DNA from: Callorhinchus milii
Lineage: Eukaryota
Assembly: GCF_018977255.1 (NCBI RefSeq)
Contig: NW_024704745.1
Location: forward strand, 46,376,001-46,440,000
Direction: 5' to 3'
Length of the DNA stretch: 64,000 nucleotides
Both the position numbers and the translations under genes were made by a program. Each line of letters starts with the position of its first letter. Position 1 is the stretch's first letter. Shown one piece after another: positions 51,299 to 64,000 of the stretch. The notes below the pieces were generated by a model that was given only the letters and a program-made list of their open reading frames with translations, ran no database searches and had not been told where the DNA came from.

Positions 51299-54200
51299 AC
51301 AAATGTCTCAGAGCACTTCACATTATTTTACTTTAAAGTGTAGTTACTGTGTATTCATAGGGGAATAATAGGGGTATTGCACCATCATTAGAAGGACTGC
51401 ACCCAGGATTTGACTCATGGACCAAAATATTTTATAGGCTTCCCTTAACTCTGTTTCAAAGCAAAGGTACTTCTTATTGTACAAATCAATGAACAAATGT
51501 AAGTGTAAATACGTTTGACTGTGAAATAGAGAAAGGCTCTCTACACTGAGGATTCTGTTAACATTTTATTATAATTTCTAAAAAGAAGTGTCTACAGCAA
51601 TGCATAAGTAACATTATGAGGCAGTTTGCATTTCTAAAATCTTCCTGACATTGAAATATCTGTGAGGAACCTGAGAGATTCTTGCATCCTGTTCTCTCCA
51701 AAAGCCTGACACACAGGCTAGAGTAAAGTTAATTAATGATGAAGAATTTGATGCAGATACTTACACACAGCATTGGTTGATAATAGAAATTTAGTGAGTG
51801 AGAAGATAAACAAAGGTCCACCACAGATTTACTTAAAATTGAACAAGGAATGTACTTAATGCAGGAAGAGTTATTCTCTATATATTGTCATTGAGTCTAC
51901 ATCTTGTTCTAATGGAATTTCCTACACAATGAAGGAGGGAATGTGACCAGGATCATTTTGAGTGCAGCAAAGGTGAGCGCGCTCGAGTTAGCATCACAAG
52001 AACAACAAAATGGATGGAATCAGGAAGTGGTTATAGAAGATCTCTCAATGATATTAACATGGGTCTATGAAGTTTGTGAGAAGATATTAAATGGAACAGA
52101 ATATTGGACTTTGCTTCCTTGGACCAATCTGTCCTCCTTTAACAATCACACCTATGGTAGGCCATCTTGGACAGTTGCATTTTTCAAATAAATAATAATA
52201 AGACATGCCTCTTTGACTGGACTTTAGTTCGTCTTCCTATCCCCACACAATTCAGCGTCCATCCCGAGCTCGGGTGCCCAGTGTTAAACACTTTCGTACG
52301 TCTTCCCGATATGAAAGTGTCATTTAAAAGTAAATTGTATTACATAATAATGATCCTTAGATTTAATGCAGTCCTTTCACAACAAGAGGACATTTGAAAG
52401 TGCTGCATAGGACATGCTGTAAAGTATAATGACTGTATATTTTGGTAGGCGAATGTGGCAACCAGTAAATGTGGCAACCAATTTGGGTACTGCAAATTTA
52501 TTTATTTTGGGAGTTATTGGCTAGGACACTGGGAGAAACTACTTTCTCTCTTTGAGTAGTACCATGGGATATTTAACATCCAGCTGAACAGGCAGACAGA
52601 ATCTCAGTTAACATCTCATAATAACAACATTAATAATAATCCTTGCATTTGATATAGCACCTTATCACATCTTCGAGACCTCTCAAAGCACTTCATAGAA
52701 TATACTGTACAGTGACTGTACATTTTGTGGGAGAAACGTGGCAATGATGCAACTGTTCGGTCATAACCCTAATCATGAGTCAGATCGGTGTATGCACCTT
52801 TGTTCTCAAACCTAATAAAAATTATCTTGTAGAACATAATGATAATAATCCTTTATTATCTCAACAATATTCTGGAGAAATCTCCCTTGTGATCTCTTGT
52901 GTGGTTTAACCTTATTCTGTACAATGCTCTTGCAATGCATATTTATAGTTAGTAAAAGCTAGTGATACAGAAGGGTCTACAAACAGAATAGCATCCTTTT
53001 GATGTATAAATTATGAGCAAGAAGCAGTGAATCAACTTTAAATAGAATGCACTCTTACCAACTTACTCAATCTAACTTACTATACACATCCTATGATGCC
53101 GGTTACAGAGCCAACATGAATGTGAAAGACAATAAAAAATATTTTATTGGCAGCAGCAAGTGGGATCTAAAGATTTATTTTAGATGTATTGTATTGTTTT
53201 CGATGTATTGGCAGTTGATGGCATGATAAAGACCAACAATATTAAATGGAACATCAGGAAATGGAAGATGTTTTGAAGCAATTTTCCACATAATTTGTCA
53301 CGAATGAAGGCGATAGTCGCGGTCAAACCTGTCCCCTTCCTCCCACCTTCAAAACCCACCTTAAGATACTGTATATCTTTTTGACCACACTTTTGGACAC
53401 CTTTCCCCACCCCTGTGTGCTCCCTCCTCAGATATATAAATTGTTGCTATTGTTTGATATCCACTTGTTTTGACTCAGGTTATAGCAGTAGCTGGAGCAT
53501 CAGTTATGAAGAAACTGAAAGACATTTCGGGTACAATTTCCTCAGATTTCTCATGTTAGCAACAAATGGTTTAATTTGTGCTTGTATAAAAATCCATTTG
53601 TACATGAGGCGTTACAAGCCTCTTTAATTATGTTAATTATATCATTATTATATCTGTATGGGAAAGTATGGAAGTTTGTGAGTTTAGATTTTTGGTAGTA
53701 TGGGTGGATTGAATGACTAATTGACTATGTGACTGCCTGGGCAATTGTGTGTAATATCAAGAGTGAGACAAAGAGACGTCTATGGTTACATACAAGTATG
53801 GTTAGATGTACTTGTTAACTTATTAACTGCATCTTACACTTAGAACCATAAAGTCCCAAATTGACTATTTAGAATATATATAGTGTATAATCAGTATACA
53901 GTTGAATTAATTGTGTACATTTACTTTAATGTGCACTGATACATTTACCAAAAGGGTTAGCTACAAGACTAGTATAAGATTCATGGCTAAACATCAGATT
54001 AAATACATTATAAAAAATAATCCAAACAAATATGCACCTAGCATACTTAATAAAAAGCAGTATAGTTAAAAATGCTATGTACCTATGATTACATTTACTT
54101 TTGTCAACTTAATATCTTCTTTTTCTATTTTTTTTCAGAAATAGAAAACCACTTTTGCTCCAATTTTCTGAAGGCAATTGTCTTGGGGAATGGTTCCTTG

Positions 54201-55873
54201 CTGCTGGGAGCCCTCTTCCACTCAATTGAAGCGTTTCTTATTGGCTTCCCTGAACCAACCAGAGTCACCACTGTGAAATTATAGTACAGTAAAGAGCTGA
54301 TTATCCACACTACTAAAGATATAAAGAGAAATCCAGAACAATCATATTAAAATAGTACACCCACCCCGGCCCCCACTCCGAAAAATTAATTAATTAATGA
54401 TACGAGAGCAGACTAGGAGCATTGGTGAAAGCATTCATTTCACATCTGTGCTTCAGAATTTGAACCTAGAAATAGATTGTGTTACTCACAAGTGTCTATG
54501 ACTTCGGTTAGATTCCAAAATATACTGCTTAGTTGAAACAAACTATTTTACTTTTAAAAAATCTTAGGTTTGTTTAGTGTAGCTGTAAATTCTAATACTG
54601 TAGATGAACATGCAATCTGTGACACTATTAGTAAGAGTTTCTCTCATTGTTTTGGCCCATAATCTTCCAGGTAAATTGGTCATTCACTTGCTAGTTGACC
54701 ATTACTGCCTTGTTTGCTTACAAATACACAGTCACCACACTTGATGGTAATTACCTGTAAAGCACTCTGAGATGTTTCAACATCGTAGATGCTATATTAA
54801 ATGCCAGGATGATTATTATTTATTATTTATCGATAGTCCATATTTACAACCCTCTAACTAACTAATGCCTTAACCTGTATCTTAAACCACTAAATACAAT
54901 TTAAAAGCACAAACCGAACAACTTTATATGTAAATCAAACTGGCAGAGAAATGTGTTCCCTGCAACATTCAATTAGAGCAAAGGGATCATTTTTTATGAA
55001 ATGCAAATAGAAAGAAGGTGAATAATTTTAAATATGAAATGAGTGCACAGCCACTGCTGTGGATCCACTTAGAATATCCATTGTTATGAAATTAGTTGCT
55101 TAGTAATAATTAATAAACAAATCAAATCCAATGGTGAGGTCATACAAATGGCATATCGGACCATCGGTGGAATATACATTTTATTTGTAGTGGGGAAAGT
55201 GAGGAAGAAAACTAGGTAAGGCTCTAAAATATGTATAAACTTTAGTTATTCATGAAGCTGAAACAAGGAAACAGATACTCCAGGATGACACACATCAAGG
55301 AACACAAAATATCACTACAAAATACATTTGCTGCAACACCATATGGACGCATATGCACTGGTAAATTTCTTTTTGAATCATTGACCAGAAGAAAATGTGA
55401 ATGCATAACCACCTCTAGCATAGGTTTCTCTAATGTACCAGCCCAGGAACAGTGTCAGAATGCATCTGGAATTGAGCCACATTGACTTTATCTATGCTGC
55501 AGTGCGATGAAACAAAACACTGTCATTTAATTCCAAATTTGCTTCCAAATTGAGCTGCTAATCTTATATGTATACTATACTTTTCAATGTGACTTACTAT
55601 GAAAACCACTGTAAAAACACACCATAAGAATTGAGCATCATGTTAAAACAGCTGATGTTTTCAGTGTGTTTCAATTCATTGCCTTATAAAATTAAAGCAC
55701 AAGCAATAAGCTTCTTTAATGTGTCAGACAAGAAATACTTGCAAGTTTTATAACTAAGACGGACAAAATATTTCATTCAATAGTAATTTTAGGTTCAGCA
55801 TTTTTCTGTCCACGTAGATCATTGTTAAGGTGCTATGATAGCTGGCAGGATGAGACACAAAAAAGTTATTTGT

Positions 55874-56188
55874 GGAGCCCTGTAGCTCAGTGGTTAGAGC
55901 ACTCACTTTGCAAGCGAGAGACCTGAGTTCAATTCCAGGCAGGGCAAAACCTTGGGCAAGTTTCCTTACTCCACACGCCTAATAATAATCCCTCCAAAAA
56001 ACAAAAACAATAATAAATTTGGGCGTTTTCAATCTACGACTGTTTGTGGGACATTGTTGTGCGTAATTGGCTGCCGAGTTCGCCCACAAATATACGGTCA
56101 ATTCACTTTACAGTGTGTTCTGTGAAGCGCTTTGGGACATCCTCCCAACATGAAAAGCGCTATATCAAATGCAAGGATTATTATTATT
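55874..56188 (+). mobile_element. Young tRNA-derived SINE, short subfamily
   Basis: A box tagctcagtgg, B box gagttcaattcc, Deu 3' block, L2-like tail and (ATT)n. Confidence 0.93.
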
Positions 56189-57929
56189 GTATTTTTTGCT
56201 GAACTAATAGTACCCAATATTACTCAGTCAATTGTATGGATTCGTGAAGTCCATGCCAATTTTGAAAAGAATACGCTTATCTGATATACAAATTGATTCA
56301 TATTTATTTTAACCTCAGGGCTGTGTTATTAATTAACAAAAGGGTGCTTAGCTACAATATCACAGGAGACAAAAATTGCTTTCCCCATGGAAACAACTTA
56401 TTGCAGAATAATATATTGAAGTGTTTAACATTTCTGTTATTGAGATAAATTCTAATTAGTCAAACCTTTATTATTTGACCTAATATTCTTCCCATTCCTG
56501 GTGTTATTCTCTACGTTCTGACTTTTCATACTTAGGCAGAACAAAGATTTTAATAATAACAATAATGCATTTGATATGGCACCTTATCACGTCATCTAGA
56601 ATGTCTTAAAATGTTTCACAGGGTATCATAGAATCATAGAATTACACAGAACAGAGGGAGGCCATTTGGCCCATCTTGTCTGTGCCATATTTAAATATTT
56701 AATTTAAAGTGGTATGACTATGTATTTTATTTTACTGTGTCAGACAGTTGAACACAGCAAAATCCCATTAACAGCCATGGAGGGAGTAACCTCCTCTTTT
56801 GGTATCATGGGATCTTTAACATCCACCTGAACAGCAGACAGGACCTCGATTTAACATCTGATCCGAAGGATGGCACCTTCCACAATGCAACATCCCGAAG
56901 CACTTGCTTTGGAGAGTCAGTTTATTCAGGGTGGTCCAACTTTTTTGCTGCTGAGGGCTGGATGCCGTATTTGAGAAACGTCTGTCGGACGCATATGCAA
57001 TATTTTTGTGTTTCCCTTTCAGAAACATAACATAACATTTACGGGTTATGGAGGGAGAGGGTGGGCCAGAGGAAATGGAAGGTGAGGTGTGGGGGGGAAT
57101 TAATTTGGTCTGCGCACTGCACCCATGATTCCAAGTCCCAACATGGAGCTTGAACCCACAACTTTCTGTCTCAGAGGTAAGAGTGCAACCGCTAAGCTAG
57201 GCTGACACACTTTAACATGTAACATTGATAATGTTGATTTTACAGTTAACTAATGAACTAAAGTCAGTAACTGAACTGTCTCAGTATTGGATTGGAATTG
57301 TACTGTACTGAAAACCTATTTTTACCCAAAGCTAAACGAGTATGTTTAGAGCCTTTCAATATTCTCATCGGTAATATTAGTTTGAGTTTGATACATGGTT
57401 CGAGTCCGACTTAACCAACTGCCAGCACTTCAGCTCGGCCAATGGTTTTTCCTCTCGCCCCCACCCGGTCACCTGTGTTATATAAATGCAAGTTGTTTTT
57501 GCAGTTAAATTCACACTTGAAATGCACGATTAGGCTGAGATAAATATAAGAAGACCTACAATGATTTATCGGTTAAAGTTGAATTTTGCTTTGCCTAAAA
57601 ATGCTCTTTGCAAATGCTATCAACTTCTGGATGGAAATTCTAGGTATTCCTGGAAGATGCTCCTCAGACCTTGATTTGAGAGAAGTCAACATCAGAGAAA
57701 TAGTAGGAATAACATTTGATGATTAACAGATACTCTCTATCTCAAATCCATTTATTCATTTATAATAAGCAAATTGTACTATTCCTAAAGGCATTTCTAT
57801 TGCTAAATTGGACATAATAAAAAAGTGCGGAAAATGAATGGTTTTAAAAGTGAAATATAGTCTGAGTACAGATTCACTAGGATATTGGGTAATTAGACAA
57901 AATATGTTTAAGGACAGGTTAGTTAAACT

Positions 57930-58370
57930 GGGTTCTCAGCAACTTCTGTTTTTGTTTCAGATTTCCAGCATCTGCAGCATTTTGCATTTAGCTAAACTGT
58001 GGCTTTTTCCACTGGAGCAGAGATTTAGGGAGATGTGATACAGGCCTTTAACATTCTGACAAGTAATAACAAGATAAACAAGGAAATAAATATTTCCTTT
58101 ATCTGGAGAATCGATGACAATTGGGACAGTCAGAATTGTTTGCAAAAGGAACAGGGAAGAAGTTAGAAGGAATTTCTCCACATAAAGGTTTGATAGAGTG
58201 TGGAATTCATTAGTACGGATGGCAATTGAAGCTGGATTAATGGAATCATTCAACAACAACAACAACTTGCATTTATATAGTGCCCCTCACACAGGGTAGC
58301 ATCCCAGAGTGCTTGCAGTGGAATCATTCAGAAGGGAACTGGATTATCACCCAAGTAATAAAAACATTAA
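57930..58370 (+). mobile_element. CR1 3' fragment with an embedded L2 tail (about 58252-58315)
   Basis: 'LFPLEQRFRE' remnant; ggttcgatagagtgtggaattc-like CR1 block. Confidence 0.7.
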
Positions 58371-59554
58371 GTGATATGGGGTAAGAGCAGGAAAGCGGGA
58401 TGAATATTAAGGAACAACTCAGAATAAAAAACAGCACAATAAGCTTCATGGCTTTCTTCTGTGCAAAGAAATATGTTTTGGTATCCTGAAATCTTGTCCC
58501 TACTCCATTCAATGGTCAAAATGCTACAGAGAAAAGTAGAATTCTTCTGTTTCAAAGTCAATGATCATTCCACAAAATATATATTTTTGCTTCTGTCTAA
58601 GTAACTAAGTAGTCACTCCAGTGTAGTGGAGGAAATGCTGCCTTTTTAGAAATTTATCTGTCAGAGACATTAAACCAAATTCCTGTGTGGCAGTTCAGTT
58701 GGACACTAAAGATCCCTTGTCACTTGGTTAAAGAAGAGCAGGGAGTTCTCCCTACATACAAGCCAATATTCCATCCTCATTCAAAGTAAAAAAAGATTCA
58801 CTTGTCATTCATCTCATTGCTTTTGTTGAAAAGTTGCTGGTCCTGATTAACTGCTGTGTTTGGTGTAACAACAGTAACTACACTTCCAAAAATAACTCTT
58901 ACATTTGATGTAACATCTTATCCCATCAAGACATTTCAGAATTATTTTGTTATAAGTGTGTTCAAAATCTTCATAGTTTAATTCTATTAGAGCCCATTTC
59001 TCTCTCTTGGGACAATATTATGATTAGGTATTCTCCAGTTGAAGGATGGCATTTTCGACAATCCAGCAGCTCCCTATCACTGCACTGGAGTGTCAGCCTA
59101 GACTGCATGAGTTCAAAGTCCCAAAGTGGAACTTGGACATGCAACCTCCTGCCTCAGTGGCAAGAGTGTTTCCAACTGAGCAACTCTGACAAATTCGAAA
59201 ATTTGGCTAGACAACATTTTCTATTTTAGAAACGAATATCACAGTCAAATGCAATTATATGTTTCTTGGAATTCTCATGCAGCAGAAATGAGAAAGCCTC
59301 GATAAATGTTCTTATTAATTTTGTTGCTGGACAAATTTATAATGTCTTGGAAACGTATGTGTATGAAACTTAGTTCTGATGTAACAGGTGAAATAAATCC
59401 CTATGTTTGACAGAATACAAAATAAATGTGATATAACTGGAAATTTTCTAACATCCTTGTTGAGGTTGTGTTAGGAATTTTTAAACAATATGTAATGGCT
59501 ACTTGCCTGCTCTTTTAGGTTTGTATACATGCCATTCCTATGGAAGCTCTTTTG

Positions 59555-59940
59555 CCTCTGAGACAGCAGGTTGTAGGTTCAAGACCTACTCAAATAGTCT
59601 CGGCTGATACTCCAGTGCATTGCTGGAGGTTTGCTGCATTGTTGAAGGTGCCATCCTTCAGATGAGACAATAAACCAAGGTTCTATTTTCCTGTTCAGGT
59701 GGACTTCAAAGATCCCATGGCGCTATTTGGAAAGAGAAGAGAGTTTCTCTTGGTGTCTTGGCCACAATCCTCCAGGTAAAACTGATCATGCACTTGATGG
59801 CTGTTTGTGGAACATTGTTGTTTGCATATTGGCTGCCGCATTCACCTACAGTCACTAACTACACTTTATAGTAAAAGTTATTGTGAAATGCTTTGAGGAG
59901 TTTCAACAACATGGAAAGGCACTATACAAATGCAAGGGTT
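59555..59940 (+). mobile_element. Near full-length old Deu-domain SINE
   Basis: Degenerate tRNA head, cctgttcaggtggacttcaaagatcccatggcgctatt Deu block, and tail. Confidence 0.75.
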
Positions 59941-61006
59941 ATTTTTATACAGAGGAATAAGTTGAAGGTTTATGTGAGAAGTCCAGTAATTTCCTATCTT
60001 GCATGCTGAAGGCATATGAGTTGACATTAACATTTATATCTGGAATATATTATCCACTATAGTTAACTTTCAGAATGGTGACGGAAATTGATTCAGTCTC
60101 ATTTAAGAATGGTCCACAAAAACAAAATGATGCCAGCACTAGTTAACATATTTCTACACACATCTTCTTGCACATCCACAGCCACAGAAATCATCTCAGC
60201 TCTGCTGGAGTAGTAAGTGGAAATAAAACTTCCCATTTCAAATCATTCTGTTGTTGGAAGCAATAACAAATTGCTACCAACAATATAAAGTGGGCATGGG
60301 TCACTAAGTTAAACTTGAACATAAGACCATTTTAAATAATGCTTTTTATGATCGTGTCCTCGTCATTGTTCCCTTCTTGAATTTCTTTGTTCAACCTATT
60401 CTTCATCACCATTCTGGGTCCCAATTTAATATCTGATTCAAAAACTTTTTATTTCATTCTATTAATGGAGCTTTAATCTTCTCTACTTAATAGCACCGTA
60501 TTTCACTGATTGTTCTACTTGTGTTTTTTATTTGTTATACGGTCTTGTTGTTTCTTTTTCTATGTGTGGGTTCAGTTCAAGGTAACTTCTTTTTCTGTTT
60601 TAGAAAGATCAGAAATATAAAATAGTCTGGAAACAGCATTGTTAAAATGAGCAATTTTTGTTTTGACATTTATTTAACTTGATTTTTGAAGTTTCATTGA
60701 GAAGTTAATGTCTGTAATGCTTTATATTCTCATCACTTTTATGTCAGTTTAACTTACTTAGATGGACATTACCTTTAATACATTAATAAGATAATACAGT
60801 CTTAATATAGACTTTTCAGTTTCTATAATCTGCAGACCATCCAGAACTCTTCAGTCCTATCCCAATCAGCCCTGGAGCCTATCAATTCCACCCCCGGATG
60901 AATTCTTGTTCTCACTTTCAATTCCCTCCACAGATTTGCCGCAACTTATTTCTGTAATGTTTTGCAACCCTACTGACACTCAGTGAACAATGGCTTGCTT
61001 CACAGC

Positions 61007-61021
61007 CCCCCCCCCCCCCCC
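61007..61021. repeat. Poly-C tract
   Basis: Run of about 15 C within an L2 remnant. Confidence 0.8.
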
Positions 61022-63277
61022 ACTACAATCCACCCGCCATCAGTGGGCTGGCTTTAAGCCATTCAGCCCTCACTCTTTGGAAATCCCTCTGCTTCACCTC
61101 TTTCCTCCCAACCTTCAAATCACTCTTATTTTTATAAAGTATTTTCTTTTTAGAAAGTATTATTTTCTACTAAAATTTGGCTACCATAATAATAATAATC
61201 CTTGCATTTGATACAGCACCTTAGTATGTTGTCATGATGTCTCATAGTGCTTCACAGGATATACTGTAAATCGTGTTTTGTGGGCGAAACCTGTTTTCAT
61301 CAAATTTATCTGGCACTGGATTTATGTTACAGTTATTCCTTCCTATTTTCACCCCTTTTTGACAAAAACATGGGCTTTTATTTTGTGGATAAGAATGGCT
61401 TTAATGGTCCTTAAACCCTGAGCACTAAGAGGTTATGACACCAACCCGCACTCATGACATTATCACAAGGATGTGTAGCTTTAATACCAAATAAAATGTT
61501 CAGTGAACAAGCCCATCTATAAGCCATTTCAAATGGGGTGTTAAGCATGCCTGACCAGAATCCTCTAAAATGCAGCCAAAGTTATAGAAGATGGCATCTG
61601 GATCTCGAATGTGTGTTCCAGGAACCATCCTCTTTGAGCTTGGCTGCCTTTTGGGGTTTTCTGGTCAGTTGGGTGCTTGACACATTCAGAACACTATTAC
61701 TATACTATGTTTAAGAGAATCCAAACCAGACCCAGTGCTCCATGCATCCCACCTAAATATTTCTAAATATAGAAATTTCCATGTCTGGAATAAAATACTC
61801 ACTCACTCCCAGAGGGACAGTGCTGCCTGTTGCAATCCTCAAGTGAATGATCGACTTTATATGAGTGGATATGATTTCAGGGCACAACCAGAGGAATTTC
61901 AGCCTCTCCTTATATGAAAAATAAATACCATTAGTTTTCATTTGTTCCCTAATCGTGTCGTCCCACTTCAATTATAATAATTATTGTATTTGATATACTG
62001 CCAATAATATTGGGAAAAAAGCATAGCTAATTATAGCCAATGCTAATTTAAGAGGCATTTTGTGGGCAAATACAGTAGACAAGTGTGCCAACAAGATCAT
62101 ACAGTCATGAAGTGAATGATCAATTTATTCGGAAGTTTGTTTACCACGTAAACATTTCACAAAACATGTGACTGTTCAACTGCTAACTAAAGTGCTCATT
62201 TATCTCACCGAGATCATGGAAGGGATTAGAGATAAGCGCAGGGAATTTTGTTTTGTCAACTGTGTAATAGTTTTCTTTATGCTACGTAACAAGTATGAGC
62301 TGTGGCCTGATCTTTCACTTTCAGTGTGTGTTGGGTGTTCATTTGGTATAAAAACTCTCAAGATAATTTGTTTTTTAATTAGGTGTTACGACTATAATCA
62401 TTTACCTGTGGAGTGCTGAGTACAAGTGTAGTTCAGGGTTAAGTTCTAAACATTACCATTTACTAAAGGCTGCTGTAAAGGTCCCATGTGAAATAAATTC
62501 TGAATGTTTAGTTCTGAGTGGATAGGAACTGACAGCACAACACTGCTGTTAATTAAGAATGGTCCACTTCAGGAGAGCTTAGACTCAGCCTATGTAAGCA
62601 TGAATCATAATTAAGTTTGAGTAGGAAAATGTTTTTCTATAGTTTAAACTTCCACAATAATATACGAGGAAAACAAAAGACTTCCTATAGCACATGATTT
62701 AGAAGGACTTAATGCAGCTTTTAATTCACAAAGTAAAATAGTAGTGGATGCTACTAGGTTAGTTAAAATTAATCACTGTTTGTTATCATAAAGCTAATCT
62801 GGTCCAATGTGAATACGTTTTGCATTCATTAATTTTATTTCTGAGAGAATATTGTCTATTTTCTCAAACACACAATGGGGTTGAAGGTTTGATTTTCTAC
62901 AGCTTGGACTCAGAGTCAAAAACATTGACTCCTGACAGTAACCAGAAATGTGTCATGCTGAATGCAACCCACAGATTCTGGGCAGAATCTTTGGGTTTTG
63001 CTCAAACTCTCTTTTAAATCTTTTACTGAGGTATGACTAAGTTTGCTTCCCCTCATCACTTTAACATTGCCTGGTTCTGCAATCACCTCAACCTGCCCCC
63101 TGCCTCCTCCATGCAACTAAAGCGTCTTCCACATCTTTGCCACCTCCATTCTCAACTGTCTCAATGCTCTGTTCCCCACCTCAACTCGCCAGCACCAACA
63201 GACCATCTCAAACTCTACAGCCCACATCCTCTCTTGCACTAGGCTCATCTGTTTCCTCTGACTGCCTATGCTCCAGA

Positions 63278-63505
63278 GGAGTGTTAACCAAACTTTTTGG
63301 TCGGCCAACAAAAATAAATTTTCTTGACTGAATATTTCTTGATTTATGCCACAAATCAAGGAATATTCAATCAAGAAAAAATTGGGAACAAGACATTGAT
63401 TTAAAACAGACTCACATTGACTAGTGCGAATGTTCAGGGGGAGCACATCTTGATGGCCCCACGGGCAATTTCCGGTCCACGGGCCATGGACTGGCCACCG
63501 TTGCC
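63278..63505 (-). mobile_element. hAT-like MITE with about 25-bp-arm hairpin
   Basis: ttcttgactgaatatttcttgattt...aaatcaaggaatattcaatcaagaa; ends resemble hAT/Charlie TIRs. Confidence 0.65.
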
Positions 63506-64000
63506 CCAGGGGATCCTTACCTTACCATGTTGATCCCATTATTTTGTCTTGGGGAACCATGGATTAATGCGACTCAATGCAAATTCTCTAGGAACAGAAT
63601 GGATAACTGCACTACATTAACATTACACATTTCTCCATCACTTTTATTTTTACCTTCCTGCTTCCACCCTCAATTCCAGGACCACCATTGTTCTGACAGA
63701 TTCCCCTAGATATTTAGCTTGTCTCTTAGAGAATTGCACAATCACAATGGATTTGTATAGAGTACGTCTCTTCTGATCGGTAAATTTATTGAACTGAGGC
63801 AGCAAATAAATCTTATTCTTCATTGATTGTAACCTGACATTGCTGTGTGCAAATTGGCTGGTGCACTCACCTACATATACAGTCACTACACTTTACAGCA
63901 CTTTGTGATGTCCTCCTGACACAAAAGGCACTATACAATACAATTCAAAATTATATTAGTATAGTGCCTTTGACATCGGGAGGATGTCCCAAGGCTTTGG

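Noticed and set aside
54060-54310. Ig-like pattern VTLV(G)...IEWKR on the minus strand; strong plus-strand acceptor at 54138
   Set aside because: Both cysteines are absent, and a stop and a frameshift are required; too speculative to call a pseudogene.
55874-55950. tRNA-like sequence with A and B boxes
   Set aside because: It is the head of a multi-copy SINE, not a tRNA gene.
61753-61971. Minus-strand 102-nt exon candidate with GTGAGT donor
   Set aside because: No homology recognised and no linking exons.

Overview
Repeat-rich vertebrate genomic DNA. The repeat set (tRNA/Deu-domain SINEs, L2 and CR1 LINEs) points to a cartilaginous fish, plausibly a holocephalan; this is inference, not a database result. 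Most ORFs in the supplied track are L2/CR1 debris. The main genic signal is a minus-strand type I membrane immunoglobulin-superfamily gene that I assembled by hand from phase-compatible GT-AG exons: leader 29934-29991, V-set domain 26631-26969, two tandem-duplicated juxtamembrane exons (21903-21965 and 21658-21714), transmembrane exon 20163-20240 and cytoplasmic exon 19607/19652-19716 with a DPIYAN motif. It resembles the nectin-binding receptor group (CD226/CD96/TIGIT) but has a single V domain and a non-canonical C strand. A second, similar leader exon (2979-3045, minus) suggests a tandem paralog continuing off the left edge. On the plus strand there is an isolated ARHGAP12/27-family WW exon (33205-33309) that looks partly decayed, and a possible second decayed WW exon at about 30.6 kb. 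No RNA genes or CRISPR arrays are supported. Repeat boundaries are approximate (tens of bp) unless a TSD is given.
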